This document shows positions 28,124-39,300 of a DNA stretch of 64,000 nt, piece by piece (position 1 is the first letter of the stretch; every line of letters begins with the position of its first letter). Source of the stretch: an uncultured cyanobacterium (GTDB lineage: Bacteria > Cyanobacteriota > Cyanobacteriia > PCC-9006 > JAAUQQ01). The stretch spans positions 3,456,001-3,520,000 of the forward strand of contig OY970368.1 in assembly GCA_963718615.1 (NCBI GenBank). The letters are read 5' to 3'. The position numbers and the translations under genes were made by a program. The notes under the pieces were generated by a model that had not been told where the DNA came from, searched no databases, and saw only the letters and a program-made list of their open reading frames with translations.

Positions 28124-30367
28124 ATGGAATCTCAGTACAGCCCCTCCCAGTACCATCCCGAAGAAGTCAACATTCAAAAATATTTTGATGTTCTTCGTCG
28201 TCGTTGGCCCATTGCGCTAGTTATTTTCGGAACATCCCTGGGCCTAGCCAGCGTTGCCGCCAGTTTGCAGGCTCCTAGCTACAAAGCCGAAGGCAATTTG
28301 CTATTTGAACTGAACCGCACCTCTTCCCTCTTGGAAGTTAACAGCAGTCTTGAGCAGCTCAAATCGCTCAATGCCAAAACGAGTCCGCTCAATACCCAGG
28401 CCGTAATTTTGCAGTCGGCTCCCATTTTAGAAACTGCGATTGATGAGCTGAAGCTGCGCAATGACAAAGGCAAGCGCCTAGAACCGAAAGATATTCTAGA
28501 GAACCTCACGGTTGAAACAGTCGTCGGCACAGATGTCTTGAAGGTGTCCTACAAGGCCAAGAACCCAGAGCTAGCGGCCAGTTTGGTCAATCACGTCATG
28601 CAGGCTTATTTGGCCAATGACATTCTCAATAACCGAGCCGAATCACGGGCGGCCCGAGAGTTTATTACCAGTCAACTGCCCACCACGGAACAGGCGGTGG
28701 ACCAGGCGGCAGAAGCGCTGCGTCAGTTTCTGGAGCAAAATCAAATTGTTTCCCTGCAAGCGGAGTCCGGTCGTTTGGTCTCGCTGATGAGCGAATTGGA
28801 TTCTAAAATTAATGGAGCCCAGGCCCAGTTACTGGATCTCAATGCCCAGATCCAAGAGCTCAACCGCCAAGCGGGGCTTCCCGCCGATCAGGCCGTGCCG
28901 CTGAATGCCCTGAATCAGTCTAAAGGGGTGCAGGAGGTGCTGGGACAACTGCAATCAGCCCAACAGCGACTAGCCCAGGCCCGGACGCTGTACACGGATA
29001 ATAATCCGAAGGTGGCGGCACTGCGGGATGAAGAGACGGCGCTGCGATCGCTCCTCTCCCAACGGGTTACCGAAATCGTAGGGACCAGCGCCGGGGTGAC
29101 GCCGGGGCTTTTGCAATTGGGTCCTTTGCAGCAAAGTCTGGCCTCCAAGCTCGTGGAAAATCAGGTGACCCGTCAAGGGCTCGAACAGCAGCTCCGGGCG
29201 TTGCTCGAAGTGCGAGAGCTTTATCGCAACAAGGCAACCCTGATTCCCGCGTTGCAAAAGCGTCAGGAAGAGCTGGAGCGCAAGCTCAATGCGGCCCAGG
29301 GCATCTATGAATCGCTGCTGAAAAAACTGCAGGAAATTCGGGTTGCGGAAAACCAAAATGTGGGGAATGCCCGCATTATTCAAGCCGCAAAGGTCCCGCG
29401 TACATCGAGTTCAAAGCTGGCCCCGCTCCTGCTCGGTGGCGGCGGATTTATGGGCCTGACCTTGGGCATTGCCGCTGCTTTTTTGGCGGATCTGCTCGAT
29501 CGCTCTGTGCGTACCGTGGCCGATGCCCAAGCACTCCTGGGGTATCCACTGCTCGGTTTAATCCCCCATTACAAAACCGTTGCGCTCCATGGCCAAGGGG
29601 AGGAAGAGCATTTCGAGGGGATTTCTCCCCGGATCGTGGTGGCCAATTCCCCCCGCTCCATGGTCAACGAGTCCTATCAAATGCTGCGGGCCAATCTCAA
29701 GTTTGCGAGCACTGATCATCCGATTCAAAGTCTCGTGATTACCAGTGCCGTGCCGGGAGAAGGCAAGTCCGAAGTCTCTGCCAATCTGGCCGCAGCCATG
29801 GCCCAAATGGGGCGACGGGTGCTGCTAATTGATGCGGATCTGCGCAGCCCTACCCAGCATCATCTCTGGGGTTTGATGAATGCGGTGGGGTTGAGTAATG
29901 TCATCGTCGGCCAGGAAAAACTAGAGCATGCCATCCAGACCGTAACCAATCGTCTATCGGTGCTGACCGCAGGCGTAGTACCACCTAATCCTATAGCTTT
30001 GCTAGATTCCAATCGCATGGCCCAAATCCTCAAGCTTCTGGCAAAGCAGTATGACTACATCATTTTTGATACGCCGCCCTTGGCAGGCATGGCGGATGCA
30101 GCGGTGCTGGGTACGATGGTGGATGGGCTCTTGCTCGTGGCTCAGCCCGGTGTGGTGAATGTGGATAGTGCAAAAATTGCCAAGCAAATTCTCGAACGCT
30201 CAGCGCCCAACGTGTTGGGATTAGTGGCCAATGGGGTCAACCTCAAACAAAACGGGGATGGGCATTTTTATTATTACAGTCGCGATCGCAACACCCCTCC
30301 CACTCACAAAACCGCAACCCCCTCAGCCTCGTCGCCTCGGAAGCGGCGATCGCTCCTCATGGGATAA
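28124..30367 (+). CDS. Wzc/GumC-like polysaccharide co-polymerase with tyrosine kinase domain
   Basis: 2 TM with coiled coil between; TSAVPGEGKS, LLIDADLR, IIFDTPP, C-terminal YYY cluster. Confidence 0.92.
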   Translation: MESQYSPSQYHPEEVNIQKYFDVLRRRWPIALVIFGTSLGLASVAASLQAPSYKAEGNLLFELNRTSSLLEVNSSLEQLKSLNAKTSPLNTQAVILQSAPILETAIDELKLRNDKGKRLEPKDILENLTVETVVGTDVLKVSYKAKNPELAASLVNHVMQAYLANDILNNRAESRAAREFITSQLPTTEQAVDQAAEALRQFLEQNQIVSLQAESGRLVSLMSELDSKINGAQAQLLDLNAQIQELNRQAGLPADQAVPLNALNQSKGVQEVLGQLQSAQQRLAQARTLYTDNNPKVAALRDEETALRSLLSQRVTEIVGTSAGVTPGLLQLGPLQQSLASKLVENQVTRQGLEQQLRALLEVRELYRNKATLIPALQKRQEELERKLNAAQGIYESLLKKLQEIRVAENQNVGNARIIQAAKVPRTSSSKLAPLLLGGGGFMGLTLGIAAAFLADLLDRSVRTVADAQALLGYPLLGLIPHYKTVALHGQGEEEHFEGISPRIVVANSPRSMVNESYQMLRANLKFASTDHPIQSLVITSAVPGEGKSEVSANLAAAMAQMGRRVLLIDADLRSPTQHHLWGLMNAVGLSNVIVGQEKLEHAIQTVTNRLSVLTAGVVPPNPIALLDSNRMAQILKLLAKQYDYIIFDTPPLAGMADAAVLGTMVDGLLLVAQPGVVNVDSAKIAKQILERSAPNVLGLVANGVNLKQNGDGHFYYYSRDRNTPPTHKTATPSASSPRKRRSLLMG

Positions 30368-30409
30368 TACAGAAGTCTTTTCGCTGGCGACTTCGCACCC
30401 CACCTTCAG

Positions 30410-31534
30410 ATGGCCCAGTATTTTGCAACCGTGGCTCGGGGCCTAGAACCCCTTGCCGCCCAGGAACTCAAATCCTTGGGTGCCCAAGCCGTCACGCCGG
30501 GGTTTTGCGGGGTGGCCTTTGAGGGAGAGCGATCGCTCCTCTATCGCGTCAATCTCTGGGCTCGGTTGCCTTTCCGCATTTTAGTCAAGCTGGATGAGTT
30601 TTCCTGTCGCGACTCGGGGGATCTATACGCCGGGATCCAGCGGATCGATTGGGAACCCTATCTCACCCCTGAGCAAACCCTAGCGGTGGACGCAACGGGG
30701 AAAAATGCCCAGCTAAACCACAGCCACTTCACCGCGCTACAGGTCAAGAACGCCATTGTTGATCAGCAGCAGGAACGCTGGGGCAGACGCTCAACCGTCG
30801 ATACCTTTGAGCCCGATGTGCGGATTAATATTCACATTCGCCATGACCGCTGTACCGTCAGTCTGGATAGTTCGGGAGAAAGTCTGCATCGTCGGGGGTA
30901 CCGGCCTGCCATGGGCGCAGCCCCGCTGAAAGAATCCTTGGCTGCGGCCCTAATCCAACTGACCGATTGGACGCCAGACCAGGCCTTTTTTGATCCCCTC
31001 TGTGGCTCCGGCACCTTGCCCCTGGAGGCCAGCTTGGTGGCCCTGCGGATTGCACCGGGATTATTTCGCGATCGCTTCGGGTTTGAAACCTGGCCCGATT
31101 TTGACGCCCCGCTGCTCGACCAACTCATCGCCGAAGCGGAAGCCCAACAGCGAGAAGTCACCCCCGCCTGGATTGGGGGCAGCGATAGCAGTGAAGAGGT
31201 GGTTGAACAAGCGCGATCTAACGCGCGCAACTGCGCCGTCGATCGGCAGGTGCAGTTTCAATGCCAGGACCTCAGTGCCATCGAAGCGCCTGCCCAAAGT
31301 GGTGTACTTCTGTGCAATCCGCCCTATGGCGATCGCATTGGCAACCGGGAAGAATTGGGAGATTTGTATAAATTGTTAGGCGATGTGCTCAAACAGCGGT
31401 TTAAGGGATGGACGGCTTATATCCTCAGCGGAAATAAAGAATTGGCCAGCGCCATTCGCCTCAAATCAGCCCAGCGCCTTCCCGTGGACAATGGCGGTAT
31501 CGCCTGTCAACTGATGAAGTATGAGTTATATTAG
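30410..31534 (+). CDS. THUMP-domain rRNA m2G/m7G methyltransferase (RlmL-like)
   Basis: SGESLHRRGYR, APLKESLAA, DPLCGSGT, NPPYG. Confidence 0.9.
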   Translation: MAQYFATVARGLEPLAAQELKSLGAQAVTPGFCGVAFEGERSLLYRVNLWARLPFRILVKLDEFSCRDSGDLYAGIQRIDWEPYLTPEQTLAVDATGKNAQLNHSHFTALQVKNAIVDQQQERWGRRSTVDTFEPDVRINIHIRHDRCTVSLDSSGESLHRRGYRPAMGAAPLKESLAAALIQLTDWTPDQAFFDPLCGSGTLPLEASLVALRIAPGLFRDRFGFETWPDFDAPLLDQLIAEAEAQQREVTPAWIGGSDSSEEVVEQARSNARNCAVDRQVQFQCQDLSAIEAPAQSGVLLCNPPYGDRIGNREELGDLYKLLGDVLKQRFKGWTAYILSGNKELASAIRLKSAQRLPVDNGGIACQLMKYELY

Positions 31535-32028
31535 CGTTGAATGGCCGTTGGTCAGCAGCCCTAGAAATTCCCCAGTCAGCCTTACAAAACAAACGTTACA
31601 GCAAGCATTACAAAATCGTCATCGTCATCGCGGGCACTCTTCCAAACCCGGTTCGTCGGAAACCCTTAGCACCTAGATCTGACTGATAATCTTACGGGCA
31701 ATCTTGCGGGCAATCTCACCGTCAGAGGCTACCTGTATCTGGCCAAACTTCCTGAACGTTTATTAAGCTTCTCATATTGATAAATTTTAGGGTGGCTCTG
31801 GAAATTGCGTAGTCATTGCGCTATTGCCCGCCATACTTTGATTCTTTCACTGTTACTCAGCACGCTCAGGATCATTTACCAGTTTATGTGTACCGCAGGC
31901 CTTCCTTCTGCGCTCTTGCATTGGCATCTCAATGCAATTCGGCCTGAAATTCGACACGAAATTCAGCACAAAATTCAACTTAGGGGCAATCGGGGCAATG
32001 CACACCCACGATACTTCCCATTCTTGCC

Positions 32029-32358
32029 ATGTCCGACCTCACTTCCCCGCTGCATACGCACATTAACGCCCAAATTTTGGCCGAAATTCTGCTGCAAGCC
32101 CGAGAAAGCTTTGCCCTCGCGAAACATAACTATCGATTGGCGCTCGCGGCAACGAGTGCCAGTGTTTTGATTAGTTTGACCGGGATTGGTATTATCGCGA
32201 GCGGTCGTGCTTCAGAGGGGGCGATCGCTGCCGCCACGGGGGCATTGCCCATCATCGGCTGTGTCCAGTTGCTCAAAACCGCTGGGGAACAGCTAGAATC
32301 TGCGAGCAAACAGCTCAATCAAACCTTAGATAATTTGAGCTTACATCCTCCAGGCTAG
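32029..32358 (+). CDS. Small 2-TM protein resembling cyanobacterial TRADD-N-associated membrane domain
   Basis: E.L.QAR.SF..AL...S..ISL.G...L.SG..SEG pattern. Confidence 0.55.
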   Translation: MSDLTSPLHTHINAQILAEILLQARESFALAKHNYRLALAATSASVLISLTGIGIIASGRASEGAIAAATGALPIIGCVQLLKTAGEQLESASKQLNQTLDNLSLHPPG

Positions 32359-32540
32359 GAATCTACGTGGATCTACGTGGTCCTAAAGGACTAGGATGCT
32401 TGGTACTAAAGCCCTTGCGATCAGTCTTCAAAGACAGTCATCTAGATCCATGTGGTCCTTAAAAAAATTCCCTAAGATGTAAATATCAAAACATTCGGGT
32501 TGCGGTTCTTACCGCCTCCCCCATTCAAGGAGATCCATTC

Positions 32541-33104
32541 ATGAAACGCCTCTCTATCGCTTTACTCGCCGCTGTCACTCTCATGCCCCTGGGCAGTCTT
32601 GTTCTCAACGTCGATGCGGCTCAAGCCCGAGGCGTTCGCCGCAATAATACGATTGCCGCTGCGAATACAACGGGTGCTCGTCCCCAAAAGTTGGCTCAAC
32701 GGGGTGATAGCAATTTGACTCCCGAGCAGCGCGCTGCTAAACAGGCAGAGCGGGAAGCGAAAATGACTGCCAAAATGAAAGAAACTCTGGGCCTGAGCGA
32801 TGCTCAAGTTTCTCAAATCGAAGGGATTCGGGCTTCTTTCAAGCCTCAGTTTGAGAGCCTGCGCACAGAAGCAAAAGCACTCAAAGATAGCGGTGCAACT
32901 AAAGAGCAAATGCAGCCTATTCGCGACAAAATGAAGGCCCTGCATGAGCAAATGCAAGCTTCGATCAAAGGGGTTCTGAGTGCTGATCAAGTGCAAAAGC
33001 TGGACGCGATGAAAGCCCAGTGGGGAGATCGTAAGCATGGCAATCGCCAAGGCGGACGTCAAAATCGCCAAAACGGTCAACAAAGCGGCAATACCCAAGG
33101 CTAA
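32541..33104 (+). CDS. Spy/CpxP-family periplasmic chaperone
   Basis: Signal peptide, LTPEQ / LSDAQ / LSADQ motifs, AAGGAG RBS. Confidence 0.8.
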   Translation: MKRLSIALLAAVTLMPLGSLVLNVDAAQARGVRRNNTIAAANTTGARPQKLAQRGDSNLTPEQRAAKQAEREAKMTAKMKETLGLSDAQVSQIEGIRASFKPQFESLRTEAKALKDSGATKEQMQPIRDKMKALHEQMQASIKGVLSADQVQKLDAMKAQWGDRKHGNRQGGRQNRQNGQQSGNTQG

Positions 33105-33115
33105 TTCAGCTTCGG

Positions 33116-33178
33116 CCCAGAAACTTGACCCAGAAACTTGACCCAGAAACTTGACCTAGAAATTCAGTTTCTGGGTCA
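33116..33178. repeat. 13-bp tandem repeat (CCCAGAAACTTGA)x3 plus inverted copy, between convergent genes
   Basis: Three direct copies, a degenerate fourth, then GTTTCTGGGTCA (reverse complement). Confidence 0.75.
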
Positions 33179-33625
33179 GTACTGCTGATTTTCAATGATG
33201 GGACAAATGATATTGGGTTGAGAGAACTGAGGGCTATTTGGGTCCACAGCCATGAGCTCAACCAGTTCTTCCCTTAGGATAGAAAGCTGTCGAATTTGCT
33301 CATCAATAGCTGAGATTTTATCGTTTAACTTATGACGAACGTTGTCACAGGGAAGTTGGCCGCGATCATGAATTTGTAAAATTTCGCCAATTTCCTGGAG
33401 ACTGAGACCGAGTTTTTGCGATCGCCGAATAAAAGCCAAGCGTTTCAACACAGCTGGTTTAAACAGCCTAAAACCTCCCTCCGTCCGCTGGGCCACCGGA
33501 ATCAGCCCCAACTCCTCATAATAGCGAATGGTTTTGATGGGAACTTGGCTCTGTTGCTGAAGTTGACCAATACGCAAGAGCTGAGCAGGATCTGTCAGAG
33601 GAGCCGTTGGGAGCGTTTGAGTCAT
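33176..33625 (-). CDS. MerR-family heavy-metal-responsive regulator
   Basis: IGQL...TIRYYEELGL..RTEGGFR.F; Cys in LPC and IICPII. Confidence 0.9.
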   Translation of the reverse strand: MTQTLPTAPLTDPAQLLRIGQLQQQSQVPIKTIRYYEELGLIPVAQRTEGGFRLFKPAVLKRLAFIRRSQKLGLSLQEIGEILQIHDRGQLPCDNVRHKLNDKISAIDEQIRQLSILREELVELMAVDPNSPQFSQPNIICPIIENQQY

Positions 33626-33667
33626 GGCATTTAAGTCATGGCGTTTGAGTCATGGTGCATTGCTTTC

Positions 33668-34690
33668 CTAGGACGGTTTACATTTTAGCGCAAGGGCACA
33701 AGCCGCATCGGAGTCATCCAGTTCGATTTGCAAGGTGGTGTGTTGAATCTGGAAATTTTCCTGTAATCCTTGATTGACTTGGGCAATGAATTCATCCCCT
33801 GGATGTCCGGCTGGCATCACGAGATGGGCTGTGAGCGCAATTTCTACGGTGCTGAGACTCCAGATATGTAAATCATGCACCTCGGTCACGCCTGGACACT
33901 CCGCCAGATAGGTGCGAACGGCTCGCTCATCTAAGTTCTCAGGAACGCCATCGATCGCGAGATGAAAAGAGTCTTTTAAGAGTTGCCAAGTGCTGAAAAT
34001 AATGAATAAGCTAATGACTAAACTGAAGGCTGGATCGAGCCAGAGCCACTGGGTCAGGAGAATGCCGATCCCCGCCAAAACAACGCCGACCGAAACCAAC
34101 GCATCTGCCATCATATGTTGAAAGGCCGCTCGGATGTTTAGATCAGCTTCGCGACCGGAAAGAAACATTAAAGCGGTTCCTGTATTAACCAAAATACCAA
34201 CAAGGGCAACGCTAATAATGATCGTTCCTTGAACTTCATCCAGATGGGTGAGCCGCTGTAGGGATTCCCAAATAATACCGCCGGTAGCAACCAGCAGAAA
34301 ACCCGCATTGAGAAAAGCCGCCAAGATGGAAGATTTCCGCCATCCATAGGTGTATCGAGCAGAGGGCTGCCGTTGAACCAAGACAGTGGCAATCCAGGCT
34401 AGCAATAGGCCCAAAACATCGCTGAGATTGTGACCGGCATCTGCCACGAGCACCACCGAATTGGCGAATAACCCAGCAACAAACTCAATGATCACAAAAC
34501 TGCTGTTGAGCAGTAATCCAATGATAAAAGCACGATTGTAGTTAGCGGGAGCTGGGTGATGATGTCCATGATGATGTCCATGATGATGCCCGTGATCATG
34601 TCCAGAATCATGATTACGGTTATGACTATGGTTATGAGGCGTTGGGTCGTGATGGGATGGCGAATGATGTGAACTGTGTTCATGGGACAT
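33668..34690 (-). CDS. Cation diffusion facilitator (CzcD/ZitB-like) with His-rich N-terminus
   Basis: ADAGHNLSD, AFQHMMAD, VHDLHIW, HTTLQIE. Confidence 0.92.
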   Translation of the reverse strand: MSHEHSSHHSPSHHDPTPHNHSHNRNHDSGHDHGHHHGHHHGHHHPAPANYNRAFIIGLLLNSSFVIIEFVAGLFANSVVLVADAGHNLSDVLGLLLAWIATVLVQRQPSARYTYGWRKSSILAAFLNAGFLLVATGGIIWESLQRLTHLDEVQGTIIISVALVGILVNTGTALMFLSGREADLNIRAAFQHMMADALVSVGVVLAGIGILLTQWLWLDPAFSLVISLFIIFSTWQLLKDSFHLAIDGVPENLDERAVRTYLAECPGVTEVHDLHIWSLSTVEIALTAHLVMPAGHPGDEFIAQVNQGLQENFQIQHTTLQIELDDSDAACALALKCKPS

Positions 34691-34911
34691 ATTTTCAGAC
34701 TCCAGCAGACTCAAACGTAAACAGGCTTCTGCATCAAAGCAGACCCCCTTGATCTTAGTTCAGCAGTGTTGCCAATGCCCCACTCGCCTGCTGTCCCACG
34801 GCAAAACCCTTAATACGAAAACCTTAAAAGGGACATGGCGATGCCATGTCCCAACTAAAGCGCTCAATCCAACCTATAGCTCTGGGTTCTATAGCCCTGG
34901 ATTAGATCAGC

Positions 34912-35721
34912 CTAGGCTGCATTTCCCTTGCGGCGACGCTTCAAAATTGTGCCACCCACAACACTCGCGAGACCCAAAACCATACCTGGCTCAGGTACGG
35001 AGGTGGAGCTGACCTCCGGATCAAAGCCCGTGAACCGCCCATCACCCACATGGAACGAGTGGTTATCGGTTTCAAAGCCACCGCCCCCAACCTGGGAAAT
35101 GACAATGCGGTTAAAGAGTTCATTTTCACCTTCAGCATAGAAGTGGGCGTAGCCATTGCCTTGGCCGCCATTTTCCGAGCCTAGGCCACTGCCGGGATGG
35201 AGATTGGAGTAGAGATAAAAACCACCTGCATCTTCAATGTCTTGAGTGTTAAAGCTCTGAAGTAGAGTATCACCTTGATAGAAGGAATAGGTGTTACCGG
35301 CATGGGCTGCGCCCCAATTAATGCCGAAATAGTTGAGATTTTCTTGCAGGTCAATAATGACGTTATTGCCTTGGAAAACTGCGAGATAATTAGAAGTATT
35401 TTTCTCGCCTTCAGCTCCCGTCGGTGCCCACATATCGGCCCGAACACTGCTGTTGCTGCTGCCATTAGAAAACGAATACTGGGCAAATGCATCTGTGGCG
35501 GTGGGCAGTTTGCCATCGTTGAAGTCGATCGTGGTGGTTCCGTCTAAATCGTAGAACTCGGAAAACGCGCCTTGGTTGGTTTCTCCATTGGAACCGGCAA
35601 TCCCAGAGGTCATTTTGAAGGTGAAGGCTTGGGCGGGATTAGTTGCGCCGAGGATGGCGATCGCCCCAAAGGCCAATGCGGAAATAACGTTAAAGCCGAG
35701 CTGCTTGGAGATAGCGTTCAT
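34912..35721 (-). CDS. PEP-CTERM (exosortase-dependent) surface protein
   Basis: Signal peptide AQA; GFETDNH; C-terminal VPEP-TM-KRRR. Confidence 0.88.
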   Translation of the reverse strand: MNAISKQLGFNVISALAFGAIAILGATNPAQAFTFKMTSGIAGSNGETNQGAFSEFYDLDGTTTIDFNDGKLPTATDAFAQYSFSNGSSNSSVRADMWAPTGAEGEKNTSNYLAVFQGNNVIIDLQENLNYFGINWGAAHAGNTYSFYQGDTLLQSFNTQDIEDAGGFYLYSNLHPGSGLGSENGGQGNGYAHFYAEGENELFNRIVISQVGGGGFETDNHSFHVGDGRFTGFDPEVSSTSVPEPGMVLGLASVVGGTILKRRRKGNAA

Positions 35722-36366
35722 AGTTCTCTTAAATCAATGGATGAGTTGTACAGCGGTGGTGGGTGTCGGTGGGTGAACCGTTTTGCACCGCTCTTAACTA
35801 CCTCATTACCCTAACGGCTCAATTCCAAAATTGAGGCTCAACAGGTCTAAGCTTGATAAAACGATTTTTATATGGCTATCTCAGCTTTTTTTAAGACTAG
35901 AAAATTTTGCTGATGACTTCTTTTTTCCGTAAAATCAGGGTTTTTTACAGGCAGAGACTCAGCCAATTTCTGTAGATGCGGGTCAGATTTTTGCGCTTCC
36001 GATATTTTGTAGATGCCAAAAATATGCTGACTGAGTAAATTAACGCAAAACCTTTAATCAAAGTGAATCTGTTCTCAGATTTATCAGGGCATTTAGCATG
36101 TTTCAGTAAAGCAAATACGGAACCTTTTGTTGATAGAAAATTTGCTTAAACTTTAGGGATTTAACAAGTAAGCGTAAATACACGGATGTCATTCTAGAAA
36201 TACTTGATTACAGGTGATAAAGTCCAATCTAGTAATTACACGCAACTTGCTTGACGTGTGCATATAGAGATCAGGAGATCAGCTTTAGCTTGCATCTGCC
36301 GAGTCTGAGCTCATTGCTGAAATTGCCAGCGGTGAACGAATTTTAGAACTCGGGGATAATACTCCA

Positions 36367-39300
36367 ATGAATTCATTTCAGGTTAGCAGCTTTGGTGGCC
36401 AAGCTTCCCATGGACTTTCCACAGTAGAATTAGGACTGGAAAAACAGCTATTGGGAGAAATGCCATCGCTACAGTCATCCGGTGGAACGTTAGTCTTTGT
36501 TGATAGCCAGTTGCAAAATTATCAGGAGCTTGTTGAGGGGATAGAGGATGCAGAAGTTATTGTTTTAGCGGGCGATCGCAACGGCCTTGTACAAATCACA
36601 GAAACGCTCTCACAAAAGCAAAATCTCGGTAGTGTTCAGATTTTTTCCCATGGCGATGTTGGCGCATTGCAACTTGGTAATGCTCAACTCGATGCCAGTA
36701 ATTTAAATACCTATGGAACGTTGCTCCAGCAATGGGGACAAGCCTTAAATCCCACTGGCGATTTATTACTCTATGGTTGCAATGTTGCCGCTGGCAATTT
36801 AGGACAAGCGTTTGTTCAGCAGGTAAGCCAGCTTACCCAGGCGGATGTAATGGCTTCCAACGACCTCACGGGCAACGGCGGCGATTGGCAACTAGAAGTA
36901 GCCACAGGGCAGATCGAAGCGCAGACGGTTTTGAATTTAACCACGCAGGTCAACTATCGCGGCACCCTGGCAACCTATAACGGCCATGAATACCTATTGA
37001 CCAACGCCAGCAAAACCTGGGTTGAGGCCCAAGCAGAGGCCATTGCCCTGGGGGGAAATTTGGTAACCGTTAACGATGGGGCGGAGGAGGCTTGGCTGCA
37101 GCAGACCTTCGGCACGACGGAAAGCTTCTGGATTGGCTTAACTGACGAAGCGGTAGAAGGGCAGTTCCAATGGGTGAGCGGCGAAGCTTTAGGCTACACC
37201 AACTGGGCTCCGGGCCAACCCGATAACTATCTACTGGCGGGGGGCGAAGATTACGTTGCGCTCAATTTCAGAACCACGCAAAAGTGGAACGACGCCAGCA
37301 GCACCCAAAAATATCGCGGCATCATTGAACTCAACACCCCCAATAACAATGCGGGCGTCCTCGGATTCAGTCAGAGCGATTGGGTTTTTAACGAGGGAGA
37401 AAAGACGGCGACATTGACAGTCAACCGAACCCAGGGCATTACAGGTACGGTGACGGTGGATTACGCAACGGTGGCAGGAACGGCGATCGCCTCCCAGGAT
37501 TACACCGCCCAATCCGGCACCCTCACCTTTGCCCCCGGCGAAACCCAAAAATCGATTCAACTGACGCTGCTCAACGACACCCTTCAGGAAGGCGACGAAG
37601 CCTTCACGCTGGAACTCAGCAACCCCACGGGCGGTGCGACGCTCACCCCTAATTCCAACGGTCAGCCCACGACCCAGATTACGACCCAAATCACACTGCG
37701 AGATGACGAATCCAGTTTTTCCTACAACGGCAAGACCTATCGCTTGACCCAGGGGACCAAAACCTGGGCCGAAGCCCAGGCGGAGGCTCAGACCCTGGGG
37801 GGTAACTTAGTCACGGTCAACGATGGGGCGGAACAGGCTTGGTTGCAGCAAACCTTTGGCACCACCGAAGTCCTGTGGAATGGCATGACGGACCAAGCCG
37901 TCGAAGGGCAGTTTCAATGGATCAGCGGTGAGGCCGTCACCTACACCCACTGGGCACCGGGCCAGCCCGATGACTATCAGCCCGTGGGCGGCGAAGACTA
38001 CGGTACGCTCAATTTCCGCGCAACCCGGCAATGGAATGATGCCCATGGCTCGAATAAGTTTCGCGGGGTGATTGAAATTACCCCCGGCGCAGGCAATCCC
38101 GGCGTCATCGGTCTGGCTACCAGCAATTTTGTCGTCAATGAGGGTGAACAGTCCGTCACCGTTAAGGTTCTGCGCACCCAGGGCGCGAGCGGCACGGTTA
38201 CGATCGACTACAGCACCGTCGAGGAAGATGCGATCGCCGGAGAAGATTTTGTCAGCCAAACCGGTACCCTCACCTTTGAAACCGGGGAAGTGGAAAAATC
38301 TGTGGTGATTCCACTGCTGAATGACATGCTGCTGGAGGGGGATGAGGCGTTTGGATTTGTGATCGATCGCCCCACCGGTGGTGCAACCCTCCTGGCCCCA
38401 CGCACCGCCCAGATCACTCTACGGGACGACGAATCCAGCGTTTCCCACAACGGCAAAATCTATCGACTCACCCAGGGAGCTAAAACCTGGGACGATGCCC
38501 AGGCCGAAGCCCTCACCCTCGGGGGGAACCTGGTCACGATCAATGACGCCACGGAGCAGGCTTGGCTAGAGCAAACCTTTGGCACCACCGAAGTTCTCTG
38601 GACCGGACTGACCGACGAAGAGGTTGAGGGCCAGTTTAAGTGGATCAGCGGCGAAGCGGTCACCTATACCCACTGGGCACCGGGCCAGCCCGACGACTAT
38701 CAGCCCGTGGGCGGCGAAGACTACGGCACGCTCAATTTCCGCACGACGAAACAATGGAACGATGCCAATGGCCTCGCGAAATATCGGGGACTGATCGAAA
38801 TTACGGACCCCGGCCCGGTCATCGGCACGGGCAACGGCCTCCGCGCCGATTACTACGACAACCGCGACTTCACCAACCCCACCCTCAGCCAGACCGATGC
38901 CACCGTGGACTTTAACTGGGGATCCGCCGCGCCCTTGCTCTCCATGGGCGTCGATACATTCTCAGTGCGCTGGACGGGCCAAGTGCAGCCCCTCTACTCG
39001 GAAACCTACCAGTTCAAAACCACCAGCGACGATGGCGTACGACTGTGGGTCAATAATCAACTGATCATCGACAAACTGGTCAATCAGGCGACCACCAGCC
39101 ACACGGGCAGCATCACCCTAGAAGCGGGCCAAAAATACGATATTCGCCTGGACTATTTTGAAAACACCGGCAACGCCCTCGCCCAACTCGCCTGGTCCAG
39201 CCCCAGCCAAACCCTGGAAATTATTCCCCAAACCCAGCTCTATTCGGATCCCCTGGGACCCAACCCAACCCTTGTCAGCGAAACCGTCGTGAGCAACCTG

